Part shown: in pieces, positions 31,271-41,853 of the stretch
Layout: each line of letters opens with the position of its first letter
How positions within the stretch are numbered: position 1 is the first letter of the stretch
DNA from: an uncultured Bacteroidota bacterium
GTDB lineage: Bacteria > Bacteroidota > Ignavibacteria > UBA10030 > UBA6906
DNA length: 64,000 bases
Assembly (NCBI GenBank): GCA_963700635.1
Contig: CAVOYH010000001.1
Span: 32,001 to 96,000, forward strand
Direction of reading: 5' to 3'
Notes under the pieces: model-generated
What the model was told of the DNA's origin: nothing
Database searches by the model: none
Seen by the model: only the letters and a program-made list of their open reading frames with translations
Position numbers and translations under genes: made by a program

Positions 31271-32833
31271 ATGAGGTCTCTTGTGATCACTTTTCTGGTT
31301 GCCGCGCTGGCAATGCCGCTCGCCGCGCAAAATTTGTCGGTCATTGTAGAGAATGTCGCGAACAGTGGTCCGACGTACTACTCGCACCAGCGTAAGGTCG
31401 CACGCACGAGTAATGGCGTCTTGATCGCTGCCTGGAATGACAAGGCGGCGCTTGGAGGTCAAGTGGTGTACTCAATGTTTGATGATGCATTCGGGACATG
31501 GTCGCCGGCCGCCGCTGTTTCCAACGCAGCCGAGCGGGCAATCCAACCCGCGCTTGCCTCCGATGAACTGGGAAATGTCCATGCGGTCTGGCAGGAGCGT
31601 GCAAGTACGACGGCGCGTTACCAGACATTTTATGCGAAATTTAACGGAACCACCTGGACCACACCGGTCAAGATTTCGATAAACGATGCCCAGCCCGCAG
31701 AGGAAGCAGCCATCGAGATCGACTCCCGCGGTTATCTCTGGGTCGTCTATAATAATGATGGTGCCGGCGCAGGCAGCGAGTTCGTCTTTGCCATCAAAAG
31801 CACGAATGGCGGCTCGACGTGGTCAACCGTTGCGGATACCCTCTACAAACAGGGAACTCTTGGAACATCCATCGAAGTCGGACGCACATCCCTTGCTGCC
31901 GGGCCCAGCGGCCGGATGGTAGCAATCTGGGACAACAGCCTCACCGGTACAGCATCCCGCCGGGAAGTATTCGTCAATCAGTATGATGGATCAGCATGGA
32001 TGGGTGAAGTACGGATTTCGGACACGACCACGGTGGACCGCGATCACAACCGTTACAATACGGTAGCAGTTGACGCTCAGAGCAACATTTATGCGTTTTA
32101 CACGCTCGGTGTGATCGCGGGAGCCGATCCGCGCCCTCGGAAACTGTTTATGCACAAAAAAGCATGGGCGGCCCCATGGACCCTGCCGGAAACGGCTGTC
32201 CTGGCCTCGGATACGATCAGCTTCCTGGACATGAGTGCGGTGGCTGACAGCGACGACGTGCTTCATCTGACGTACCGGAGAGATATCCAGGCTGATACGC
32301 TGGGTCTGGATGAGATTGTCTACACGTTTTCAAAAGACGGCGGAACGACATGGTCACCCCGCCTCGTGGTAAGCCGCCCGCTCCACGACGCCGGTTATGC
32401 AACCATCGCAAATCGTGTCCGGAAAGCAACGGGAATCGATATCCTCCTCCGGGAATCACAGGATGAAGGTGTCGGGGACCAGAGCACCACGGCAATCATC
32501 TATGCCAATGTCCCGTACAACTTTGTCACGTCAGTGAGCGACCAGAATCTGCCGGTCGGATTTGAGATTCTGGCGAACTATCCGAACCCCTTCAACCCTG
32601 CTACCACGATCACCTATGATGTGGCCGCGAGAGGGCAGGTGAGGCTGGCGATTTATGATGTGCTGGGCCGTGAAGTGCGGATGCTGGTGAATGACGTGCA
32701 GGATGGCGGCCGGTATGATGTCCGGTGGGATGGCCGCACCGATCTTCTCCAACCCGCAACAAGTGGAATGTATATCGCCCGGCTGAGTACCGACACCGGA
32801 TCACGCACCTTGACCATGTTGCTCCTGAAGTAA
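31271..32833 (+). CDS. T9SS-secreted beta-propeller (BNR/Asp-box) protein with FlgD-like CTD
   Basis: Signal peptide; Asp-boxes STNGGSTW and SKDGGTTW; NYPNPFNPAT...WDGR...SGMY. Confidence 0.85.
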   Translation: MRSLVITFLVAALAMPLAAQNLSVIVENVANSGPTYYSHQRKVARTSNGVLIAAWNDKAALGGQVVYSMFDDAFGTWSPAAAVSNAAERAIQPALASDELGNVHAVWQERASTTARYQTFYAKFNGTTWTTPVKISINDAQPAEEAAIEIDSRGYLWVVYNNDGAGAGSEFVFAIKSTNGGSTWSTVADTLYKQGTLGTSIEVGRTSLAAGPSGRMVAIWDNSLTGTASRREVFVNQYDGSAWMGEVRISDTTTVDRDHNRYNTVAVDAQSNIYAFYTLGVIAGADPRPRKLFMHKKAWAAPWTLPETAVLASDTISFLDMSAVADSDDVLHLTYRRDIQADTLGLDEIVYTFSKDGGTTWSPRLVVSRPLHDAGYATIANRVRKATGIDILLRESQDEGVGDQSTTAIIYANVPYNFVTSVSDQNLPVGFEILANYPNPFNPATTITYDVAARGQVRLAIYDVLGREVRMLVNDVQDGGRYDVRWDGRTDLLQPATSGMYIARLSTDTGSRTLTMLLLK

Positions 32834-32841
32834 CCCTCCTC

Positions 32842-32867
32842 CCCGGCGGGACTGCGGTCCCGCCGGG
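32842..32867 (+). other. Strong intra-operon hairpin without a U-tract
   Basis: CCCGGCGGGAC-tgcg-GTCCCGCCGGG (11-bp stem). Confidence 0.6.
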
Positions 32868-32897
32868 CAGTTCTGTTCACGCAAGGGCCACACGATT

Positions 32898-35636
32898 GTG
32901 AAAACCATTCTTTCGTTCATCCTGCTCCTGTGTCTGCTGGCGTCCGGCACATTGACCGCCGGCGATACGGGTAAAATCTCCGGTACCATCCGTGACAGGG
33001 AATCCAATGAACCTCTGCCCGGAGCGAATGTTGTCCTGATCGGGACGCCTCTTGGTGCGACCGGGGACGTTAACGGCTTCTATTTCATCAACCGCGTCCC
33101 ACCCGGCACCTATCGGGTTCAGGTAAGCCTCATCGGCTACCAGACGAAGGTGTTCACGGAGGTTCACGTGATGGCTGATGTCACCACCGAGCTGAGTGCT
33201 ACACTCAGCGGAACGGCCGTGGAACTGGGGACGGTGGAAATCACCGCTCACCGCCCGGTGGTGCAGAAAGATCAAACGGCCACACGGACAATCATTGACG
33301 GAGCAACCATCGTCAAAGATCTGCGCTTCCAGGATGTCGGTGAGATCCTCCGCCTGCAGGCGGGTGTCACGCTTGGAAACGATGGAAACCTGCACGTAAG
33401 GGGTGGCCGAACCGGGGGCATGGTATACCAGATCGACGGTATTCCAGTCCAGAACCCGCTCTTCCGCTCAACCGCCGGCGAGATTGAGGTTGAGAATGTC
33501 CAGGAGTTGCAGGCTCATCTGGGTACCTTTGACGCTGAATACGGCAACGCCGCCGATGGCGTGATCACGGTCTATACAAAGGACGGAGGTGATCGTATCA
33601 CCGGCCGGATCGGTTATGAGTCCCCCCGCCTGAACGCCTCACCCTATCAAAAATCTGACTGGAATCTGGACAGGCCGGAGGTTCAGGCATTGCCCGCGGA
33701 CCAGCAGGCACAGTACAAGGACGAGGTGCGAAAACCCGACGGCACATCGGCCTACGAGTATGTGGGCGTGCTGGATGATAAGCATGCGGAAGATCTGCTC
33801 CTGATCAAGGCCCTGGGCACATGGTCGGCCAATCTCTCGGGTCCTGTCCCGGGTCTTTCGGATATAAAATTTTATGCCACCGGACGTCTCCGTCAGGAAA
33901 ACAACAGCCTCCCCTACGGGTATACACTGCTTCGTTCTGCGACTCTGAAGCTGACCTATCCCATCACCACCGAGCTCTTGTTGCGTGGGTCAGTGGACCT
34001 CTCCAAAGCATACCGTCAGACGTACGACCACGCGTATAAATACTGGCGCTGGTGGGATGCCGGAATTGACCCGCTGGGGAGAACCGGAGGATATCCGATC
34101 AACACGGATCAGAGCAACAGGGAGATGTTGTCCATGCGGCACGTCCTCTCCTCAAGCACGTTTTATGATCTTTCCCTTGCGCGTATTTACGACTACACCG
34201 AGCTGGTTGTCCCGGATCGCACCGTGACGTATGATCCGGCAACGGGCAATCTTCTCACCAGCGATTATGTACGGAGACAATGGGTGGGCGGGAACGACTC
34301 GGGATTCCGGTACGGGGACGTCCGGTACTGGACAAACTCAAAGTCGACGCAGTTTCTGTTCAAAGGAAATCTGGAAAGTCAGATTCATCCAAGCCATCAA
34401 CTGCGGACAGGATTTGAGGCAAAGGTCCACGAGATCAGCCGTCACCGGATCGGCATGCCCACGTTGCCCACGCTGGAATTCTTCACCTACCGTCCGCTGG
34501 AAGCTGCTGCGTATTTTCAGGACAAGGTCGAGTACAGTTTTATGATCTTGAAGGCAGGCGTGCGGTTGGATTATTTTGACCCCCGCGCAACGGAATATCC
34601 GGATCCGGCAAAAATTATCGAAGTGATCACCGCACCCGGGGGATCGGCCCAGTATACGTCTATCCCCAAAGTGCCGGTAAAACAACATTTCCAGATCAGC
34701 CCGCGTATCGGAATTGCCCACCCCATCTCAGATAAGACATCCATTCATTTTGCGTACGGACATTTCTTCCAGATTCCCCGTTTCTACGATTTGTACCGGA
34801 ACGACGGGCTGCAGGATGTCCTCGTGAGTGATGCGCTTATCGGAAATCCGGGGTTAAAACCCGAGCGGACCGTTTCATTCGAGGTCGGACTTCAGCAGGA
34901 GCTCTCGCCGGAGTGGGGATTAAACGTCACTGCGTACTCCAAGGACATTACAAACCTGACATCCAGTTACTACTATTTTGTAGGACGGGATTACTCGATC
35001 TTTATCAATTCCGATTTTGCGAGGGTGCAGGGGATCGATATTACGCTTGATAAACGTTTCACGAACTTTTTCTCCGGACGATTGGTCTATTCGCTGATGA
35101 ATGCGATCGGAAACCATTCCGATCCGGCCGGCGGGTACACGTATCGCGAAGAGGAGGCGCACCTCCGTCCAAACCGCAACTACCCGCTGGATTTTGACCA
35201 GAGGCACAAAATTACGGGTACGGTCAGTGTCCGCCTGCCCGAACACTTTGGGCCGGAGCTCCTGGGTGTGTATCCGCTTGAACACCTCGCGGTGGCTTCC
35301 GTGTTCACGGTGGGAAGTGGTTTGCCATACACGCCCACTTCGCGTGCGTCGGAGGAAACGGGAATTGTCCCGGAACCCAATAGTGCCCGCCGCCCCTGGA
35401 CGTACAATCTTGATGTAAAACTTTCGCGCGAGATTCGTTTCTCCGGACTCCGTCTTACGGCCTATTGTGATGTGAGCAATCTTTTTGACCAGGTGAATAC
35501 GGTCTTTATCTGGAGCCGGACCGGCGAGCCGTGGGACGAAGGGTCAACATCGGTGCGCTCCAAAGATCGTCAGGCCAATCCCGAAAACGTCGGAACGCGG
35601 CGTATCGTCCGGGTCGGCGCCATTCTTGAATTTTGA
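32898..35636 (+). CDS. TonB-dependent receptor with an N-terminal carboxypeptidase-regulatory-like domain
   Basis: GKISGTIRD...EPLPGANV; plug motifs LHVRGGR and FDAEYG; GNPGLKPE; C-terminal Phe. Confidence 0.93.
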   Translation: MKTILSFILLLCLLASGTLTAGDTGKISGTIRDRESNEPLPGANVVLIGTPLGATGDVNGFYFINRVPPGTYRVQVSLIGYQTKVFTEVHVMADVTTELSATLSGTAVELGTVEITAHRPVVQKDQTATRTIIDGATIVKDLRFQDVGEILRLQAGVTLGNDGNLHVRGGRTGGMVYQIDGIPVQNPLFRSTAGEIEVENVQELQAHLGTFDAEYGNAADGVITVYTKDGGDRITGRIGYESPRLNASPYQKSDWNLDRPEVQALPADQQAQYKDEVRKPDGTSAYEYVGVLDDKHAEDLLLIKALGTWSANLSGPVPGLSDIKFYATGRLRQENNSLPYGYTLLRSATLKLTYPITTELLLRGSVDLSKAYRQTYDHAYKYWRWWDAGIDPLGRTGGYPINTDQSNREMLSMRHVLSSSTFYDLSLARIYDYTELVVPDRTVTYDPATGNLLTSDYVRRQWVGGNDSGFRYGDVRYWTNSKSTQFLFKGNLESQIHPSHQLRTGFEAKVHEISRHRIGMPTLPTLEFFTYRPLEAAAYFQDKVEYSFMILKAGVRLDYFDPRATEYPDPAKIIEVITAPGGSAQYTSIPKVPVKQHFQISPRIGIAHPISDKTSIHFAYGHFFQIPRFYDLYRNDGLQDVLVSDALIGNPGLKPERTVSFEVGLQQELSPEWGLNVTAYSKDITNLTSSYYYFVGRDYSIFINSDFARVQGIDITLDKRFTNFFSGRLVYSLMNAIGNHSDPAGGYTYREEEAHLRPNRNYPLDFDQRHKITGTVSVRLPEHFGPELLGVYPLEHLAVASVFTVGSGLPYTPTSRASEETGIVPEPNSARRPWTYNLDVKLSREIRFSGLRLTAYCDVSNLFDQVNTVFIWSRTGEPWDEGSTSVRSKDRQANPENVGTRRIVRVGAILEF

Positions 35637-35653
35637 TTCGCCACAGGATACGT

Positions 35654-38524
35654 ATGAAGACACCTCCTTTGATGTTCCGTTCCATTCTGCTGGGTTGCTG
35701 TGCGGTGTGTGTGCTCGCCGGTCAGCTCCGGGCTCAAGATGATGATCCGCCCCGTTCACCCACTGTTGTTCTGCCGAAGCGTGCAAGTTTCGCCGACGAA
35801 GCGATCGGGGTACAGACAAAAGGACAGTTGCAGAATCTGATTATGAACTATGGTCAGATTACCGATACACGATTTGCGGACGTCGGCAATGCCCCAACGG
35901 ACGTGTTCTTCAATATCCGTTACCCCCGTGAAAATTTCACGGGGCTGGTGGATGATTTTGCGCTCTTCTTTGCAATAAAGGAGAACAGCAAAAATGGTGA
36001 CAAGGGGAATGTCATTGACGGATGGACGGACGAAAAAAACGAGGATTGGGTCGCAAAGGATGGTGCCTATGGCAAGACACACTACAATGCGGCGCTTGAC
36101 CCCAACCCGCATGCCGAGTTGAAATACAACGGCCAGACCCCATACCTTGCGCATAGCGACCTCCCGGAAACCTGGCCGGTGGATAACACCGGAGTGGCCT
36201 TCTGGCCCGGAATCTTTCGCCGGGATCCGATCACCGGGATGGAAGTGCCCGGCGAGTTTGTTTCCGACCGCGACATCTATATGGAGTTTGATGACAAACA
36301 TAACCAGCTGGGCGACGTGGTCGGTATCGAAGTGCATGGCATGGCATACAGTTACGGACGTGTGTATGCCGAGAAGATGCTCTTTTATGAATTCTGGGTT
36401 ATTAACAAAAGCGGCAAAACTCTTAACGGCTGTTACTTCGGATCGTATCAGGATCCCGATTGTAGTGACCACACCGAAGAGGCACTCCTCTGGAAAGATT
36501 CCCTGTTTGCAGACGGAACCCGCGTCACATCGGTTGCGCAGCGTGATTTTGACGGGGACATCGGCGGGGCGACACGACCCAACGCGCGCGGCATCACGGA
36601 AGACTATACCTTCGGGACCATCGTATTTGAAACTCCGCGTGCTCTGGGCGTCACAGATTTTCACTACTTTGTAGATCCCGGGCCGGCCGATGATGCCTAT
36701 CTCTGGCCGATTATCTCCAGTGACCCCACAAATCCGCTTATCGCCGGGACCGCCGGCAACTATTTCCACGGTTCCAACCGGCGCATCGATGATGTTTCAC
36801 TCATCACAACCAAGCAGGATCTGGCCTGGATGATGTCAACCGGGCCGTTCTCGATGGCCCCCGGTGACACGGTAAAGTATTCGTTCGCGGTCATCGTTGG
36901 TGATGATGACGCGGACTATTACGCCAACGTATGGGAGGCCAAGAAACTCTACGATGCGTTGTACAACGGTCCGACTGCTCCACCGGCTCCCCGGCTTACG
37001 GCCATTCCCGGCGACGGCCGGGTGACATTGTACTGGGACGATACACCCGAGTCGGCGATCGACCCTTCGACCGGAGAGATGGATTTTGAGGGGTACAAGA
37101 TATACCGGAGCGAAGACGGCGGCATAACGTGGGGCACCAAGATCACCGACGCGCTGGGTCGTACGTACGGGTACGTCCCAGTTGCTCAATTTGATCTCAA
37201 GAACAACATCAAGGGTGCCGATCCCAAGAACTCGCTTGCCTGGCTGGGAACTGACAGTGGTCTCAGACATAGCTGGGTCGATAGTGCGGTCGTCACAGGC
37301 ATCACGTACTCCTATACCATTGTCTCATACGACCGCGGCACGCCAACATTGTATTCGCTGGAGACGACGCGGGGTGACGGGCCGCAGGTCAAAAATTTTG
37401 TCTCGGCCACTCCTCTCCCTCCGGCCAGCGGCAAGATCCCGGCGCGATTAAAAACCATGACGAAGACGCAGGGAACGGGCAAGGGAACAGTGACCGTGGA
37501 AGTGTTGGATGATCGGGCGCTGAAGACGGATCCCTACACGATCGTCATGGAAGGGACGCCGGCCCGCTCCTTCTCGGTTATCCGCCGCGATGGGAATAAC
37601 ACCAGAATCTATACCAGCAAACCGGTGAATTCCTCGGACCTGGCGGTGGCTGACGGATTTCGCGTCAGCGTGAACACGCAGGACCGGATCGGCGGAATCA
37701 CGGGCATCACTGACCAGGACGGAAATATTGTTGTCGGATCATCCAATCTGAGCCGGGATAGCTCCTGGTATGTAACGTATGCAGAAAACGCACAGGCCGA
37801 CACGCTGGCGCGCAGCTTCGATTACGAAATCCGGTTCGCCACCACAACTTCCATTGCCTACAGCTGGGGTGTTGCGGGGTCTGTCGCGAAATACAACGTC
37901 CCCTTTTCTGTCTGGAACACGACAACGAACACTCCCGTGGCATTTGAGATCAGAGATCTGAACAACAACAATCAGTGGGAGGAAGGGGAAGCGGTGTACA
38001 TCACCCGTGTGCCGTATCCGTCTCCCGCGCCGGCGATGGGTGCGGCAAACCCGGCCACCAACATCAAGGAATTCGCCTATCAGATACTGATCACCAACGC
38101 TCCGGCCGATACCGCCCGCCGGTTGCCGGTCGCCGGCACCGTGATCCGGGTCACCAGCTACAATGCACTGACGGACAACGACCGGTATGAATTTAGTTTC
38201 AGCCCCGCATCATTCGATGCCGGCGGCGTTGACCTGAGCGAGATCAGGGTTGTCCCGAATCCGTATATCGTCACATCGAAGTATGAATCCGAACAGAACG
38301 TCCGGCAGATCCGTTTTATGTATCTTCCGCCGGAATGCACGATTACCGTGTACACGGTGGCCGGAACGCGGGTGAAGACACTCACTCAGAGCAGCACCAC
38401 CGGATCCCTGAGTTGGAACCTGGTGACGGATTGGGGACAGGCGCTGGCGTTTGGCGTGTATGTGTATGTCGTAGAAGATCCCAGGGGCAACCGCCATATC
38501 GGAAAATTTGCGTTGATCAAGTGA
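35654..38524 (+). CDS. Large exported protein with an FN3-like domain and a T9SS-like C-terminal domain
   Basis: Signal peptide; PPAPRL...VTLYWD...FEGYKIYRS; IRVVPNPY...FMYLPPECTITVYT...WNL...GKFALIK. Confidence 0.85.
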   Translation: MKTPPLMFRSILLGCCAVCVLAGQLRAQDDDPPRSPTVVLPKRASFADEAIGVQTKGQLQNLIMNYGQITDTRFADVGNAPTDVFFNIRYPRENFTGLVDDFALFFAIKENSKNGDKGNVIDGWTDEKNEDWVAKDGAYGKTHYNAALDPNPHAELKYNGQTPYLAHSDLPETWPVDNTGVAFWPGIFRRDPITGMEVPGEFVSDRDIYMEFDDKHNQLGDVVGIEVHGMAYSYGRVYAEKMLFYEFWVINKSGKTLNGCYFGSYQDPDCSDHTEEALLWKDSLFADGTRVTSVAQRDFDGDIGGATRPNARGITEDYTFGTIVFETPRALGVTDFHYFVDPGPADDAYLWPIISSDPTNPLIAGTAGNYFHGSNRRIDDVSLITTKQDLAWMMSTGPFSMAPGDTVKYSFAVIVGDDDADYYANVWEAKKLYDALYNGPTAPPAPRLTAIPGDGRVTLYWDDTPESAIDPSTGEMDFEGYKIYRSEDGGITWGTKITDALGRTYGYVPVAQFDLKNNIKGADPKNSLAWLGTDSGLRHSWVDSAVVTGITYSYTIVSYDRGTPTLYSLETTRGDGPQVKNFVSATPLPPASGKIPARLKTMTKTQGTGKGTVTVEVLDDRALKTDPYTIVMEGTPARSFSVIRRDGNNTRIYTSKPVNSSDLAVADGFRVSVNTQDRIGGITGITDQDGNIVVGSSNLSRDSSWYVTYAENAQADTLARSFDYEIRFATTTSIAYSWGVAGSVAKYNVPFSVWNTTTNTPVAFEIRDLNNNNQWEEGEAVYITRVPYPSPAPAMGAANPATNIKEFAYQILITNAPADTARRLPVAGTVIRVTSYNALTDNDRYEFSFSPASFDAGGVDLSEIRVVPNPYIVTSKYESEQNVRQIRFMYLPPECTITVYTVAGTRVKTLTQSSTTGSLSWNLVTDWGQALAFGVYVYVVEDPRGNRHIGKFALIK

Positions 38525-38527
38525 ACT

Positions 38528-39553
38528 ATGAAAACACTCCTCTGCATACTCGTGTCCGTCGTCTGTTCGGCGGGCAGTGCCTTCGGGCAACAGGATAACA
38601 AAGCCGGCACCACAGCGGCACAATTTCTCAAGATTGGCGTCGGCGCCCGTTCCATTGGCATGGCGGAAGCTGCGGTCGGACTTGTGGAAGACCCCAGCGC
38701 TATGTACTGGAACGTGTCGGGGTTGACCGGAGTCAACTCGGTGGCGGTGACCGCAACCCACACGAACTGGTTTGCCGACCTCACCCATCAGTATTTCGGG
38801 ATCGTGTTGCCGGTGGGAGACGATCACCGATTCGGTTTAAATGCCACGGTTCTGAACCTGGGGGAAATTGAGACCACCACGGAACAACAACCCCGGGGAA
38901 CAGGCACTTTTTTTAAGGCCACTGACGTGGCTATCGGGGTCTCCTATGCGGTGAGACTGGTGGACTTCTTTTCCTTCGGAGCCACCGTCAAGTTTGTCTC
39001 CCAGAGTATTGCGAACGAATCCGGATCAGCAATCGGAGCAGATCTGGGAACCACTCTCCGCACCGGATACAAGGGCATCACAATCGGCATGGCCTTTTCC
39101 AACTTCGGGACAGGCATGAAGCTGGATGGCAGGGATTTGCACAGGACCTATGATCCTCACCCGAACAATTCCGCCAACACCGGCGTATCGAGCTATCTCG
39201 GGACCGAATCCTGGGATCTGCCTGTCATGTTCCGCGTGGGTATCGGGTGGGAGCTTGTTGGTCCGGGAGAAGCACTGATGCAGGATGACATGCATGCTCT
39301 GCGGCTCGGTGTCGATGCGCGACATTCCAACGACGCGCCGGAAAATGCCAGTGTGGGCCTGGAGTATGTCTGGGAGCGCCTCGTCGCTCTGCGCGGCGGA
39401 TACTACTTTAATGATGATGTGCGCACGTGGAGTGCCGGAGCAGGCGTCCGCTGGCAATCCGCGAGTACGTTCGCTGTCGGCGTGGACTATGCGTACGCAA
39501 GTCTGGACCCGCTCGGACCTGTGCATGTGTTTACCCTGACGATGGGATTCTGA
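38528..39553 (+). CDS. PorV/PorQ-family outer-membrane beta-barrel
   Basis: AQFLKIGVGARSIGMA, SAMYWN and DYAY motifs; C-terminal Phe. Confidence 0.88.
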   Translation: MKTLLCILVSVVCSAGSAFGQQDNKAGTTAAQFLKIGVGARSIGMAEAAVGLVEDPSAMYWNVSGLTGVNSVAVTATHTNWFADLTHQYFGIVLPVGDDHRFGLNATVLNLGEIETTTEQQPRGTGTFFKATDVAIGVSYAVRLVDFFSFGATVKFVSQSIANESGSAIGADLGTTLRTGYKGITIGMAFSNFGTGMKLDGRDLHRTYDPHPNNSANTGVSSYLGTESWDLPVMFRVGIGWELVGPGEALMQDDMHALRLGVDARHSNDAPENASVGLEYVWERLVALRGGYYFNDDVRTWSAGAGVRWQSASTFAVGVDYAYASLDPLGPVHVFTLTMGF

Positions 39554-39555
39554 GT

Positions 39556-40476
39556 ATGAGGGGGAACGTGCCAGGCGGGGCGACACTGTTCGTGTTGGGA
39601 ATCCTCCTTACGCTTTCGGCAACCGGATCCGGAATATCCTCCGAACCCGGGCAGCGAACCTCCCGGTTCGGCACGAACGGATACGTCGAGTATGTTCCGG
39701 GATCCATGCCCCTCATCATCACCATTCCACATGGCGGTACCCTGGAACCCGGCGAACTGCCGGATCGTATTTCGGGGACACTCAGCAGGTACGATACCAA
39801 CACGCTGGAACTTGGGCGCGCAATTGCCGCAGCTCTTTTCAGACAGACGGGACGTTCTCCGTATCTTGTCATCACCCATGTCCACAGAAAGAAGCTCGAC
39901 ACGAATCGCGAGGTCTTTGAAGCGGCGCAGGGTGATTCTCTGGCGAGCCTTGCGTGGGAGGAATTTCACGCGTTCATCCGGGAAGCAAAAGCCGAAGTGG
40001 TCCGTCACTTCGGATCCGGTCTCCTCGCGGATCTGCACGGACACCGTCACACGCGGCCGTGGGTGGAATTGGGATATGTGCTCTCGGCCGCACAGGCGTC
40101 ACTCCCTGATGATTCGCTCAACACACCGGATGTGGTTGCGGCATCGAGTATCGCCTCACTCGCCCGGATGCCGGGTAACTCCATGGCCGGACTGCTCCGC
40201 GGCCCGATGAGTCTTGGCGCGTTACTCGAAGAAGAGGGATATGAAGCTGTACCATCTCCCCGTAATCCTTTTCCCCGCCAAGATCACTATTTTGCGGGTG
40301 GATACAATACTGAACAACACGGGTCCCATGATGCAGGACCAATTGTAGCCATTCAGGTCGAAACACCCTGGCGCACCGTGCGTGATACAGAGATCCACCG
40401 GCAGAAGTTCGCGGACGCAGCATCCATCGCCCTGGTCCGATTTCTGGACATACATTTTGGATCGTATGGCGAATAG
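39556..40476 (+). CDS. Exported N-formylglutamate amidohydrolase-like Zn hydrolase
   Basis: PHGG, D-x-NT, RKKLDTNR, DLHGH, FAGGYNT and AIQVE; N-terminal hydrophobic signal. Confidence 0.8.
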   Translation: MRGNVPGGATLFVLGILLTLSATGSGISSEPGQRTSRFGTNGYVEYVPGSMPLIITIPHGGTLEPGELPDRISGTLSRYDTNTLELGRAIAAALFRQTGRSPYLVITHVHRKKLDTNREVFEAAQGDSLASLAWEEFHAFIREAKAEVVRHFGSGLLADLHGHRHTRPWVELGYVLSAAQASLPDDSLNTPDVVAASSIASLARMPGNSMAGLLRGPMSLGALLEEEGYEAVPSPRNPFPRQDHYFAGGYNTEQHGSHDAGPIVAIQVETPWRTVRDTEIHRQKFADAASIALVRFLDIHFGSYGE

Positions 40477-40500
40477 AGTGCCTCCAATACTCTGTGCATT

Positions 40501-41526
40501 ATGAAATCCATCTCTCTGATAACTTTCCTGGCCGGCGTTATGGCGCTCGTCTCCCCTCCCGAATCCCCGGCCCGTGACTCCGTCCGGGTCCGCATCGCCC
40601 GTCTCGCTGAGAAAGACACCCTCACCGTACTGGTGACCGATTCCGGTCTGGGCGGCATTTCGGTGTGCGCTGATATAGAATCCCGCGCGCGACAGACGGG
40701 GATGTACAGTCAATTACGGATTATCTTCGCAAACGCCCTGCCGGAATCAAGTCAGGGCTACAATAAGATGAAGAGTACTGCCGAAAAGGTCCGGGTTTTT
40801 GACGCTGCCCTGCACGGGATGGCACGCTGGTACAAGCCCGATGTGATTCTCGTGGCATGTAACACACTCTCCGTGCTGATACCACAGACGACGTTTGTCG
40901 ATACCACATCGGTTCCGGTGCTCGGCATTGTGGAAACGGGGGTGGAGATGTTGTTCGAGCGGTTATCCGCTGACCCCAACTCATCAGCTGTCATTTTTGC
41001 CACGGAAACGACGATCGGCGCCGGCACGCATAGGAAGCTCCTTATTGAAAAAGGCATTGACTCCATGCGGCTGGTCCCTCAGGCATGCCCGGATCTTGCC
41101 GGTGAAATTGAGATGGACGCGGGGAGCGATCTGGTGTCCTCCTCCATCGGCGCGTTTGTCGGGGATGCTACTTTGCGTCTACGCACCGGAACAGCCAACG
41201 TGCTGGCAGGACTTTGCTGCACACATTATGGCTATGTGGCAAAAACATTTGAAGGGGCGCTGCGGGAGTGTGGAATCGAGGGCGTCGAAATTGTGGACCC
41301 GAATTCCCGCATGGGGGATATTCTCTTTCCGCCAGGAAAGCTCCGGCGCAGCGAAAAACCGGACATTCATGTCGCGGTTGTATCCCGTGCGATTATCGTG
41401 CCCGCAGAGATTTCATCGATCAGCACGCTGGTCGAATCGTTGTCGCCCGCGACCGCTGCGGCATTACGAACATATACAGTACAACGGGATCTGTTTATGT
41501 ACGGCACGACCGGCAGGCCGGAGTAG
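40501..41526 (+). CDS. Glutamate/aspartate racemase-family protein with a signal peptide
   Basis: DSGLGG, ACNT and CTHY (both catalytic Cys present); N-terminus MKSISLITFLAGVMALVS. Confidence 0.88.
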   Translation: MKSISLITFLAGVMALVSPPESPARDSVRVRIARLAEKDTLTVLVTDSGLGGISVCADIESRARQTGMYSQLRIIFANALPESSQGYNKMKSTAEKVRVFDAALHGMARWYKPDVILVACNTLSVLIPQTTFVDTTSVPVLGIVETGVEMLFERLSADPNSSAVIFATETTIGAGTHRKLLIEKGIDSMRLVPQACPDLAGEIEMDAGSDLVSSSIGAFVGDATLRLRTGTANVLAGLCCTHYGYVAKTFEGALRECGIEGVEIVDPNSRMGDILFPPGKLRRSEKPDIHVAVVSRAIIVPAEISSISTLVESLSPATAAALRTYTVQRDLFMYGTTGRPE

Positions 41527-41583
41527 CAGAGATCACATCGGGTGGGTCAAACCGGGAACGTGCCCGGAACAACAGGGGACAAT

Positions 41584-41853
41584 ATGGCTGAAGAAAAAAA
41601 GAAAAAGATCGCAGGCTCGGTGGTGATCTCCGTCGAACGGTGCAAGGGATGCGGGTTTTGCGTGGAATTCTGCCCACCGCGCGCACTCAAACTCTCCGAA
41701 CAATACAACGTCAAAGGCTATCATCCACCGGCCCTGATCTCGAAGGAGATGTGCAACGGATGTAACATGTGCGGTTTACTCTGCCCGGATTTTGCCATCT
41801 ACGGGTTCCTTCTGAACAAGAAGGTCGGAAAGGGAGGACACCGTGAAGGCTGA
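41584..41853 (+). CDS. korD: 2-oxoacid:ferredoxin oxidoreductase delta subunit (2x4Fe-4S)
   Basis: CKGCGFCVEFCP and CNGCNMCGLLCPDFAI. Confidence 0.9.
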   Translation: MAEEKKKKIAGSVVISVERCKGCGFCVEFCPPRALKLSEQYNVKGYHPPALISKEMCNGCNMCGLLCPDFAIYGFLLNKKVGKGGHREG

